This document shows, one piece after another, positions 56,406-64,000 of a stretch of 64,000 bases of DNA. Positions within the stretch are counted from its first letter, which is position 1; each line of letters opens with the position of its first letter. The notes below the pieces were generated by a model. The model did not search any database. It was not told the origin of the DNA and saw only the letters and a program-made list of their open reading frames with translations. Position numbers and translations under genes: made by a program. The stretch is taken from NCBI GenBank assembly GCA_002455955.1, contig DKLZ01000016.1, positions 1,356-65,355 on the forward strand, read 5' to 3'. The stretch comes from Dehalococcoidia bacterium UBA6627 (GTDB taxonomy: Bacteria > Chloroflexota > Dehalococcoidia > UBA2979).

Positions 56406-57878
56406 TTGAGACACCCTATGTCCATTGAATACGTGCCAACACTAGCAGAAGTGCATCGCCTTAAAGATCAAGGGAATATCATTCCCATATACAGAGAGGT
56501 TCGAGCGGATCTTGAAACTCCAGTTTCGGCTTATCTTAAGGTGGCGCAAGGGCCCTATTCGTTCCTTTTAGAATCTGTTGAGGGTGGTGAACGTCTAGGG
56601 CGTAATTCTTTCATCGGTACTGAGCCTTACCGTGTTATTGCACTTGATCAAGAAGATGGCGACCCACTTGGCGATATCGAAAACGAGCTAGGTCGTCTTG
56701 AAGCAGTCCATGTCCCTGGTCTTCCCCGTTTTAATGGAGGAGCTGTTGGTTATCTCAGTTGGGAAGTTGCCAGGCACTTTGAGGATCTCCCGATTGCTGG
56801 CCCAGACGTTCTTGATCTTCCGCAATCATGGTTGATGTTCACGGAGACATTATTGGTATTCGATCACCTTATGCACTCGATCAAAGTCGTATCGCATGTG
56901 CGGCTTGATGGAGATATCGATTCTGCATACCAAGAAGCTGTCGACAAGATTGATGAATTGGTGACACGTCTTGAAGCGCCATTAGGAGCTCTGCCGTACG
57001 TTCCGTTTGACGGTGTTGCGGGACAACCACTTCGCGAAAATTGGTCTCGAGATGCCTATATTAACGCTGTCGAGAAGACGAAAGAGTACATCGTTCAAGG
57101 CGACATCATTCAGGGAGTTATTTCTCAACGATTTTCTCGAGAAACAGGCGCACATCCATTTGAGGTCTATCGCAGCCTGCGGGCGATCAATCCGTCCCCT
57201 TATATGTACTTTTTAAAGTTTGACGAGACTTACATCGTCGGGTCGTCACCTGAGCTTCTCGTGAATATTGAAGACGGATTAGTCGAGGTTCATCCGATCG
57301 CCGGTACACGCCGCCGTGGAGATAATCTCATCGAGGATGAGCACCTCGCTGCGGAATTAGCACAAGATCCGAAGGAAATTGCGGAGCATGTCATGCTCCT
57401 TGATCTTGGACGAAATGATGTTGGAAGAGTTGCAAAGGCTGGGAGTGTCGAAGTTACCCAGCAGCTTGATATTGAATACTACTCGCACGTAATGCACCTA
57501 GTGAGCCATGTCCAAGGTCAATTACGTGAAGAGATGTCAGCTTATGACGCGCTTCGTGCTGCATTCCCTGCGGGGACCGTTTCCGGTGCGCCCAAGATCC
57601 GAGCGATGGAGATCATCGCTGAGTTAGAACCGGACCAACGCGGTCCGTACGCTGGCTCGGTAGGTTTTTTTGATATGTCAGGCAATGCTGAAACATGCAT
57701 AACTATCCGGACATTGGTGATGAAAGATGGTTGGGCTCACGTGCAGGCGGGTGCTGGGATCGTTTTCGATTCTGATCCGGAGCGAGAGTACGAGGAGTGT
57801 CGGCAGAAGGCTCGTGCGCTGATCGCCGCTCTAGATGATGCTGAGAATAATGAACCGACCGGAAGCCTCGGGTACTGA
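56406..57878 (+). CDS. trpE: Anthranilate synthase component I
   Basis: 490 aa. 'LLESVEGGERLGRNSFIG', 'NPSPYMYF', 'IAGTRRRG', 'GRNDVGRV', 'GAPKIRAMEII'. ATG at 56418 is an alternative start. Confidence 0.9.
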   Translation: MRHPMSIEYVPTLAEVHRLKDQGNIIPIYREVRADLETPVSAYLKVAQGPYSFLLESVEGGERLGRNSFIGTEPYRVIALDQEDGDPLGDIENELGRLEAVHVPGLPRFNGGAVGYLSWEVARHFEDLPIAGPDVLDLPQSWLMFTETLLVFDHLMHSIKVVSHVRLDGDIDSAYQEAVDKIDELVTRLEAPLGALPYVPFDGVAGQPLRENWSRDAYINAVEKTKEYIVQGDIIQGVISQRFSRETGAHPFEVYRSLRAINPSPYMYFLKFDETYIVGSSPELLVNIEDGLVEVHPIAGTRRRGDNLIEDEHLAAELAQDPKEIAEHVMLLDLGRNDVGRVAKAGSVEVTQQLDIEYYSHVMHLVSHVQGQLREEMSAYDALRAAFPAGTVSGAPKIRAMEIIAELEPDQRGPYAGSVGFFDMSGNAETCITIRTLVMKDGWAHVQAGAGIVFDSDPEREYEECRQKARALIAALDDAENNEPTGSLGY

Positions 57879-57890
57879 GGACGATCGACC

Positions 57891-58817
57891 ATGGTAGACC
57901 CCGTGTCGAAGCACTCGGAACTTGTGGAAGAATCGACCCTTAGCTCAGCGGCGGTACTGCGTCGCGATGATGGTCGAGTATTGCTGCTCCAGTATTTGGA
58001 TGATGGCAGTCCATTCGCAGGTCGGTGGTCTCTGCCTATGATGAGCGTTAACGGTAATGAGACTTCGGAAGAGGCTCTGGTGCGCTTGTTACGAGAACAT
58101 GTTTACGTGGATCCCGGAGCATTCGATTTCGAGGAAACCATTTATGTTGAGTCAGACAGTGGGATGCGTTTCGTAGTGAATGCTTTCATCTGTACTAGTT
58201 GGCACGGGAAACCTCGGTTTAGCAGTAGCTATTACGCGGACGCGGTTTGGGCACATCCTGCGAATCCATCAATTACAACAGGTCTATTACCCGAATTCCG
58301 GGATTGGTTAGCGCGTTCACTCGGTGGTTCACTATATCGATATACGGTTGATGATCTCTGCGAACATTTGGATGAAACGCGTGGAGCACTTTTAGCAGCA
58401 TTTGAATCAATTCCTGATCAAGCTCGTGGTGAGAATAGAGGTGACAAACTCTCAGCGGTCGATGTGCTTGCGCATGTCGCTGATGTTGAAGCGTACTGCT
58501 TAGCGGAGATCGATCGACTACTTCGCATACCAGGGCATACTTGGCGAGATTTCAACAATGCTCAGTGGTTTGATTTGTACCGACTGCAGGATTATTCAGA
58601 AGGTTTTCCTGCGTTACGTAAGCGTCTTGATGCCTGCCGTGATCGCACGCGTTCTTGGCTCACCAGTCTCGAAGATGCGCAGCTTGTTCAGTACGGAAAC
58701 CATGCTGAACGAGGTGCAGTTCGGATTGGTGATCGTATCGAGAGCATCGCTCAGCATGAAAGCGGACACACGGGCTACCTACTTGCACTAGCAGAAGAAG
58801 TTTCCAAGCTAGAATAG
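57891..58817 (+). CDS. Two-domain protein: Nudix-fold domain with a degenerate Nudix box, plus a DinB-like four-helix-bundle domain
   Basis: 308 aa. N-terminal 'GRWSLPMMSVNGNETSEEALVRLLREHVYVD' has Nudix spacing off by one and lacks the catalytic EE. The C-terminus has DinB-type His-containing helices: 'DVLAHVADVEAY' and 'IAQHESGHTGYL'. Confidence 0.6.
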   Translation: MVDPVSKHSELVEESTLSSAAVLRRDDGRVLLLQYLDDGSPFAGRWSLPMMSVNGNETSEEALVRLLREHVYVDPGAFDFEETIYVESDSGMRFVVNAFICTSWHGKPRFSSSYYADAVWAHPANPSITTGLLPEFRDWLARSLGGSLYRYTVDDLCEHLDETRGALLAAFESIPDQARGENRGDKLSAVDVLAHVADVEAYCLAEIDRLLRIPGHTWRDFNNAQWFDLYRLQDYSEGFPALRKRLDACRDRTRSWLTSLEDAQLVQYGNHAERGAVRIGDRIESIAQHESGHTGYLLALAEEVSKLE

Positions 58818-58836
58818 CGACATAACGAAAAGACGA

Positions 58837-59430
58837 GTGCCGATGCTTTTGCTTATAGATAATTACGATTCGTTCACATTTAATCTTTATCAATATTTGT
58901 CAGAACTTGGTTCCGACGTAAAAGTTCATCGTAATGATGAGATTTCCGTCGAGGACTGCCTGACAATGAACGCAGACCAGATCGTAATCTCTCCTGGGCC
59001 GTGTACACCGAAAGAGGCAGGGATTTCAGTTGATTTGGTTAGGGCGGCAGCAGGTAAAGTACCTCTGTTAGGTGTATGTCTCGGCCATCAGGCAATTGGT
59101 GAAGCGTTTGGCGCCGAGATTGGTTATGCGGGAGAAATTTTGCACGGCAAAACATCGATGATTGAGCACGATGGCCAAGGTGTCTTCTCAGGCATGGCCA
59201 ATCCTTTTGAAGGGATCCGTTATCACTCTCTCGCGATAGACCCTGATACCGTTCCGGACGAACTTCAGGTGACTGCATGGTCTGAGAGTGGCGTGATTAT
59301 GGGCATACGACACAGGACTCTTCCAGTGGAAGGGATTCAGTTTCACCCAGAGTCGATCATGACGAAGATGGGCCATGAAGCCCTCGCTAACTTTCTTCAT
59401 GTAGACCTGCCGGAAGAACTCCACAGCTAG
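58837..59430 (+). CDS. trpG: Anthranilate synthase component II (glutamine amidotransferase)
   Basis: 197 aa. 'LLIDNYDSFTFNL', nucleophile 'GVCLGHQ', 'IQFHPES'. Confidence 0.9.
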   Translation: MPMLLLIDNYDSFTFNLYQYLSELGSDVKVHRNDEISVEDCLTMNADQIVISPGPCTPKEAGISVDLVRAAAGKVPLLGVCLGHQAIGEAFGAEIGYAGEILHGKTSMIEHDGQGVFSGMANPFEGIRYHSLAIDPDTVPDELQVTAWSESGVIMGIRHRTLPVEGIQFHPESIMTKMGHEALANFLHVDLPEELHS

Positions 59431-59454
59431 GTACTGATAAAGGGCGGACACGTC

Positions 59455-60501
59455 ATGATTAAGGAAGCGATCGCAGCCATTATCGACGATGGCCGTGCTC
59501 TGACCGAAGATGAAGCTCGCTCTGCTATGGAGGACATAATGCGAGCTGGCCTTGGCGAGGAAGAGATTGCGACACCTGCACAATTCGGTTCGTTTGTGAC
59601 TGCGCTAAGGATGAAAGGTGAGACTGTTGACGAGATCGTAGGAATGGCGAAGGCGATGCGATCGCATGCACTTCACGTCGACATTCAATTACGTCCACTT
59701 CTCGATACAGCTGGCACTGGAGGCTCGTCACGGAAGGTATTTAATGCTTCAACAGCAGCTGGGTTCGTTGCTGCAGCAGCCGGAGCGACCGTTGCAAAGC
59801 ATGGCAATCGTGCGATGAGTTCACAGTCGGGCTCGGCTGATTTATTGGAGGCACTTGGTGCGGAGATATCTCTTACACCGGCTCAGGTTTCTCAGTGCGT
59901 CGAAGAGACAGGGATAGGATTTATGTTCGCTCAAGCGTTTCATCCGGCGATGAAGTTCGCTGGGCCGCTCAGACCGCAGGTCGGTGTGCGTACGATTTTC
60001 AACATCCTCGGGCCACTGACAAACCCGGCCGGGGCGAACTGTCACGTTATGGGAGTAGCCAATGTAGAACTGGGGGAGAAATTAGCACAGGCTCTTGCTC
60101 GTCTTGATGTCCGTCAGGCGTTAGTAGTGAGTGGCGCTGATGGGCTCGACGATTTGACAGTTACTGGTCCTTCGAACGTGTTTGATGTGAAAGGGGGACA
60201 GGTCACTCGTAAGACTGTCACTCCATCCGATCTTGGTGTGTCTGTTCATGAATACTCCGATATTACCGGAGGAACACCTGAGGAAAATGCCGAGATATTG
60301 AGGCAAGTCTTTCGTGGAGAAGGACCCAGAGCGGTGCGCGATCTCATTGTTGCCAATGCTAGTGCTGGTTTGTACGTCACTGGCCTTGCCGCTTCGTTTA
60401 AGCACGGTAGCGAACTAGCGAATCAGGTGATCGACAGCGGTGACGCAGCAGCGAAAACGGCCGCTTTCGTTGAAGCGACTCGACGTGTGACGGCGAGCTG
60501 A
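59455..60501 (+). CDS. trpD: Anthranilate phosphoribosyltransferase
   Basis: 348 aa. 'LLDTAGTGG', 'KHGNRA.SS.SGSADLLEALG', 'NILGPLTNPA'. Confidence 0.9.
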   Translation: MIKEAIAAIIDDGRALTEDEARSAMEDIMRAGLGEEEIATPAQFGSFVTALRMKGETVDEIVGMAKAMRSHALHVDIQLRPLLDTAGTGGSSRKVFNASTAAGFVAAAAGATVAKHGNRAMSSQSGSADLLEALGAEISLTPAQVSQCVEETGIGFMFAQAFHPAMKFAGPLRPQVGVRTIFNILGPLTNPAGANCHVMGVANVELGEKLAQALARLDVRQALVVSGADGLDDLTVTGPSNVFDVKGGQVTRKTVTPSDLGVSVHEYSDITGGTPEENAEILRQVFRGEGPRAVRDLIVANASAGLYVTGLAASFKHGSELANQVIDSGDAAAKTAAFVEATRRVTAS

Positions 60502-60507
60502 TTTGTT

Positions 60508-61371
60508 ATGACTGAAACTAGTGCGACGCGTGAGACCGGAACTTTTCTTGATAAAATCGTCGCGGCTCGTCATATCCGACTATCTGAGGATCGTGTAGTA
60601 CGTCCCAGAGCACTCCTTGAAGAGCTATTAGATCGGGCACCACCTGTACGTGACTTTGAAACGCTTTTGCGTCACGGTCGACTAGAAACGCCAACTGATG
60701 CGTGTGTTCGCCTAATTGCGGAGATTAAACGGGCCTCTCCTAGTAAAGGCTTGTTGAATTCTGATCTGGATGCTGTTGAACAAGCTCGACTCTACGCACG
60801 TGCAGGAGCTGCAGCGATATCAGTGCTCACGGAGCCGGACTTTTTCGCTGGTTCCATCCAAGATCTGGAGGCGGTTAGCAGTTCGTTTAGCATTGATGTT
60901 GACCGTCCTGCGCTACTCCGCAAAGAATTCATTTGGGATGAGTATCAGATTATTGAGGCGCGAGCGTTTGGTGCTGATTCCTTACTGTTGATCGTAATGT
61001 TGCTTGAATCGGATGTATTGCGGTCGCTGATTGCGTATACGCGAGAGCTAGGTATGGAGCCATTGATCGAGGTACATGACGAACTAGAGTTAAAAAATGC
61101 TCTTGATGCTGGCGCCCGCGTCGTTGGTGTTAATAACAGAGACTTGACAACGTTTGAAGAGGATCTCGAAACGACAGAGCGACTTTCTTGTCTGATTCCG
61201 GATGAAGTGACTTTAGTTGCAGAGTCGGCGATACGCACGACCGACGATTCGTCTCGAATGATCTCCGCCGGTGCACACGCATTACTTATTGGGGAAGCTC
61301 TTGTGACAGGCGACGATGTCATGAAGCGTGCACATGAGTTCATGGTCTTGTCATCCGAGGTGAATCGATGA
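60508..61371 (+). CDS. trpC: Indole-3-glycerol phosphate synthase
   Basis: 287 aa. 'LIAEIKRASPSKG', 'AAAISVLTEPDFF', 'LRKEFI.DEYQI.EARA.GADS.LLI', 'VGVNNRDL'. Confidence 0.9.
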   Translation: MTETSATRETGTFLDKIVAARHIRLSEDRVVRPRALLEELLDRAPPVRDFETLLRHGRLETPTDACVRLIAEIKRASPSKGLLNSDLDAVEQARLYARAGAAAISVLTEPDFFAGSIQDLEAVSSSFSIDVDRPALLRKEFIWDEYQIIEARAFGADSLLLIVMLLESDVLRSLIAYTRELGMEPLIEVHDELELKNALDAGARVVGVNNRDLTTFEEDLETTERLSCLIPDEVTLVAESAIRTTDDSSRMISAGAHALLIGEALVTGDDVMKRAHEFMVLSSEVNR

Positions 61372-62111
61372 CCTTAGTCAAGATATGTGGGAACCGAACC
61401 CCGGAGGATGTGATTGCTGCTGCTGCTGCTGGAGCAGATTTCGTTGGCATGGTATTTGCAGAGTCAAAACGCCAGATAGATGTGACCGAAGCGCAAGCGA
61501 TGGTGCGAGCGTTGGGAGCTTCGCTCTCAGAGTATGAATTAAGGATTCCTCCACCGGTACAGATGCAGGCGGCTGAGGAAATCGAGCCATGGTTTCAAGG
61601 CGGTTCCTCGCTGATAGAGAGTTACCTTAGAGAAAAGCGGCCGCTAACTGTCGGAGTGTTTGCTAATCAGGAGGTTGATCAGGTCAACGAGCTCGCTGAA
61701 GAGGCAGGGGTAGATCTCGTACAGTTGTCTGGTCACGAAAGTTGGGAAGATTGTCTTCGCATTACTCGCCAGGTGATTCAAGTAGTGCACGTCTCATCAT
61801 TCGACTCACCATCCGATCCATTTTCAAAGATGGAACCTGGCTTTTCTGTTGCTGTTGGACTTGATTCGGTAGCTGGGCCTTACCAAGGAGGTTCGGGGCA
61901 TACGTTCGATTGGGAGATCGCACGTCAGATCGCTGACCGAATTCCTATTATGCTCGCGGGAGGATTAACCCCTGAAAATGTTGGTGAAGCAGTCCACGTA
62001 GTCGAGCCTTGGATTGTCGACGTCTCGAGCGGTACTGAAACTGACGGTCGCAAAGACCACGATCTTGGGAGAGCATTCATCAATGCTGTAGATCAAGCGG
62101 ATGCAGAATAG
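61368..62111 (+). CDS. trpF: Phosphoribosylanthranilate isomerase
   Basis: 247 aa. 'VKICGNRTPEDV', 'GADFVGMVF', 'VQLSGHE', 'LAGGLTPENV'. Overlaps trpC by 4 nt. It carries an insertion of about 35 aa after the first beta-alpha units. Confidence 0.85.
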   Translation: MTLVKICGNRTPEDVIAAAAAGADFVGMVFAESKRQIDVTEAQAMVRALGASLSEYELRIPPPVQMQAAEEIEPWFQGGSSLIESYLREKRPLTVGVFANQEVDQVNELAEEAGVDLVQLSGHESWEDCLRITRQVIQVVHVSSFDSPSDPFSKMEPGFSVAVGLDSVAGPYQGGSGHTFDWEIARQIADRIPIMLAGGLTPENVGEAVHVVEPWIVDVSSGTETDGRKDHDLGRAFINAVDQADAE

Positions 62112-62152
62112 AGAGTGTTTTGTAACCGCAGAAGCACAGGGGCAGTATTAAG

Positions 62153-63430
62153 ATGTCGGAGCAAATAGGAAAAAATGTTCATACTGCTAGAGAAGAAGGT
62201 AGTTCGATCTTGAGTCGTTCTATAGGGGAAGAAATTAACGTTCCGGGCAGCGGTCTACCGGATGCAGGAGGTCACTTCGGCGATTTCGGAGGACAGTATA
62301 TCCCTGAAACTTTGTTACCAGCGGTTACCGAGCTTACAGAGGCTTACCAGGATGCGATGGCTGATGATGACTTCCATGCGCGCCTTGATGATCTGCTTCA
62401 TCATTATGTAGGTCGTCCGACACCGCTTACGTTTGCTGAACGATTATCAGAGTGCATTGATGCGAAAATATATCTAAAACGTGAAGATCTTACGCACACT
62501 GGTGCACACAAAATCAACGCAGCACTTGCACAGGGCTTACTCGCTCTTCGAATGGGTAAGCGTCGCATCATTGCCGAGACAGGGGCCGGTCAGCATGGTG
62601 TCGCTACCGCGACGGTATGTGCATTACTCGGCCTTGATTGTGTCGTTTACATGGGTTCCGATGATGTGAAACGGCAGGCGCTCAATGTTTTCCGAATGAA
62701 ACTTCTCGGTGCCGAGGTGCGTACTGTTCACTCTGGCTCGCGAACGCTAAAGGATGCTACGAACGAGGCAATCCGTGATTGGGTTACAAACGTACGCGAT
62801 ACTTACTACGTCATCGGTAGCGTCGTTGGACCCCATCCTTATCCGATGATGGTTCGTGATTTTCAATCAGTAATTGGCCGCGAGGCACGTATGCAGATTC
62901 TCGACCAGGAAGGCATTCTGCCAACAATCGGTATTGCGTGTGTCGGAGGTGGATCTAACGCCATTGGACTCTTTTACCCTTTTTTAGGAGACCAGATACG
63001 ACTGATTGGTGTAGAGGCGGCAGGAGAAGGTCTATCGGGTCGTCATGCCGCTACCTTGTCTAAGGGGAGCCCTGGAGTTCTGCATGGTGCCAAGTCAATG
63101 TTGCTTCAAGACGAGTGGGGACAGGTCACTGAGGCACACTCAATCTCGGCTGGTCTGGACTATCCTGGCGTCGGACCTGAGCATTCATGGCTGAAACTCA
63201 CTAAGCGAGTTGAATACCATGCTGTCACCGATAAGGAAGCACTAACTGGGCTCGAGTTCCTGTGTCAAAATGAAGGTATTGTCCCGGCACTCGAGTCCTC
63301 ACATGCAATTGCTTATTTACTTAAAATCAAGGATGAATTGTTCTCGGATGATGTTGTGTTGCTGAACTTAAGTGGGCGTGGTGACAAAGATATGAATACT
63401 GTTGCAGATGCCTTGGATGTCACCCTTTAG
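62153..63430 (+). CDS. trpB: Tryptophan synthase beta chain
   Basis: 425 aa. '[15 protein letters not shown]', PLP-Lys '[13 protein letters not shown]', 'ETGAGQHG', 'GGGSNAIG'. Confidence 0.9.
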   Translation: MSEQIGKNVHTAREEGSSILSRSIGEEINVPGSGLPDAGGHFGDFGGQYIPETLLPAVTELTEAYQDAMADDDFHARLDDLLHHYVGRPTPLTFAERLSECIDAKIYLKREDLTHTGAHKINAALAQGLLALRMGKRRIIAETGAGQHGVATATVCALLGLDCVVYMGSDDVKRQALNVFRMKLLGAEVRTVHSGSRTLKDATNEAIRDWVTNVRDTYYVIGSVVGPHPYPMMVRDFQSVIGREARMQILDQEGILPTIGIACVGGGSNAIGLFYPFLGDQIRLIGVEAAGEGLSGRHAATLSKGSPGVLHGAKSMLLQDEWGQVTEAHSISAGLDYPGVGPEHSWLKLTKRVEYHAVTDKEALTGLEFLCQNEGIVPALESSHAIAYLLKIKDELFSDDVVLLNLSGRGDKDMNTVADALDVTL

Positions 63431-63598
63431 GTCAGTTTGAATTAAAGAAGAGAAAACTATTCTGTCTGAGGGTATACGTTAGTCATGCACCGGGAGTGAT
63501 ACCGACGTTTGGCAACGTATGACGAATGCTCTGTGCCTATAGTCGATTGCTATCGAATCAATGATCGCATAATCGTCTGGCACTGATACGCTCGGTGA

Positions 63599-64000
63599 GT
63601 GTTTGCTGAACCTCCGGTAGCACCGGTAGTGCAATCTTCTGTAAAGGGCTTTGCCCCTATCTGGCGTGGCGTTGACGCGTTAATCGGTGTCGCCATTCTG
63701 GTCGGTGGCTTTGCATCTTTATATGCGATTCTTGGAATCGTCGTGTTAGTAGTGGGAATCAGTGAAGATGCCCTAGATTTCGTAGGGGCGGTAGCTGTAA
63801 TCGCTTTTGAGATCTCGTTTGGGCTTCCAGTTCTCTGGCTTGCTTCACGTCGTCAGATATCTCTCGCTGCGATCGGTTTTCGGCGACCAAGGCAATGGAG
63901 ATTAATCGGTATTACCGTAGTCGGTACGTATGCCATCCTTCTTGTCTATACCAGTGGTATCGAACTCCTTAAGAAACTAGGCATTGATCCTCGAGGATTC
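63599..64000 (+). CDS. Partial (5' end) polytopic membrane protein, possibly a CPBP-family intramembrane protease
   Basis: 134 codons open from GTG 63599, immediately after an in-frame TGA, to the window edge. Three hydrophobic helices. The 'LAAIGFRRP' segment resembles CPBP N-terminal regions, but the catalytic motifs would lie beyond the window. Confidence 0.4.
   Translation, partial: MFAEPPVAPVVQSSVKGFAPIWRGVDALIGVAILVGGFASLYAILGIVVLVVGISEDALDFVGAVAVIAFEISFGLPVLWLASRRQISLAAIGFRRPRQWRLIGITVVGTYAILLVYTSGIELLKKLGIDPRGF

Noticed and set aside
56124-56417. Possible T-box or attenuator leader upstream of trpE. The 282-nt gap contains TGGTACC (56247-56253), matching the core of the T-box consensus GGTGGTACCGCG.
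   Set aside because: There is no UGG specifier codon anywhere upstream of that site in the gap. The flanking bases do not match the T-box. Only about 120 nt are available for Stem I-III. No terminator with a U-tract follows. The small ORFs in the gap contain no Trp codons, so a Trp-leader-peptide attenuator is not supported either.
1-64000. A scan for CRISPR arrays, tandem repeats, IS elements, toxin-antitoxin pairs, restriction-modification systems or other defence systems.
   Set aside because: I saw no repeat-spacer periodicity, no transposase, integrase or recombinase, and no nuclease/ATPase pairs. The window appears to be core metabolic chromosome rather than a defence or mobile island.

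Overview
This 64-kb window is chromosomal and densely coding, with about 60 protein genes and one tRNA. I found no rRNA, CRISPR array, transposase, integrase or phage gene. GC content looks moderate by eye.

Gene content, in order along the window:
- mogA, a Nudix gene and folE2 (pterin and cofactor genes).
- An alcohol/amine oxidation module: two Zn-ADHs, an amidohydrolase, a class-III aminotransferase and an aldo-keto reductase.
- An acyl-CoA module: a PaaI thioesterase, two translationally coupled family-III CoA-transferases, an AGPS/GlcD-like flavoprotein and an enoyl-CoA hydratase.
- An MFS transporter, followed by a copZ-like gene and copA.
- An M20 peptidase, a third Zn-ADH, a two-domain GNAT and rpoD.
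- An eight-gene minus-strand operon: CoA-transferase, SDR, small ORF, etfB, etfA, PHP phosphoesterase, SCP-x-type thiolase and DUF35. It is divergent from a fused B12-dependent acyl-CoA mutase.
- pstSCAB, divergent from an aquaglyceroporin gene and phoU.
- Dienelactone hydrolase, LLM/F420-type oxidoreductase, a GNAT and an acyl-CoA dehydrogenase.
- tRNA-Arg(UCU), an epimerase and an SRAP peptidase.
- An envelope trio: beta-propeller protein, SLT-domain protein and an unknown.
- An M50 protease and an HD protein.
- A long plus-strand aromatic amino-acid block: tyrA-aroA-remA-gmk-trpE-(Nudix-like/DinB)-trpG-D-C-F-B.

The strongest finding is at 44663-45889. The two ORFs in the track are one reading frame interrupted by a single TGA. 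That TGA sits where the first Cys of the redoxin 'WCPFC' motif would be, giving W-U-P-F-C. A SECIS-like hairpin lies 14 nt downstream. I read this as a selenocysteine-containing PRX-like redoxin fused to a DsbD-N-like domain.

Other points worth a second look:
- A CopZ-type HMA domain fused to an unassigned Cys-rich domain.
- A PHP phosphoesterase embedded in the ETF operon.
- A PstS lipoprotein whose signal peptide lies upstream of any canonical start codon.
- A degenerate-Nudix/DinB gene inside the trp operon.
- The absence of trpA after trpB.

The taxonomic guess is a marine Chloroflexota-like or other oligotrophic lineage rich in CaiB, ADH and LLM paralogues. This is inference only. All functional calls come from motif recognition by eye; no database search was run.
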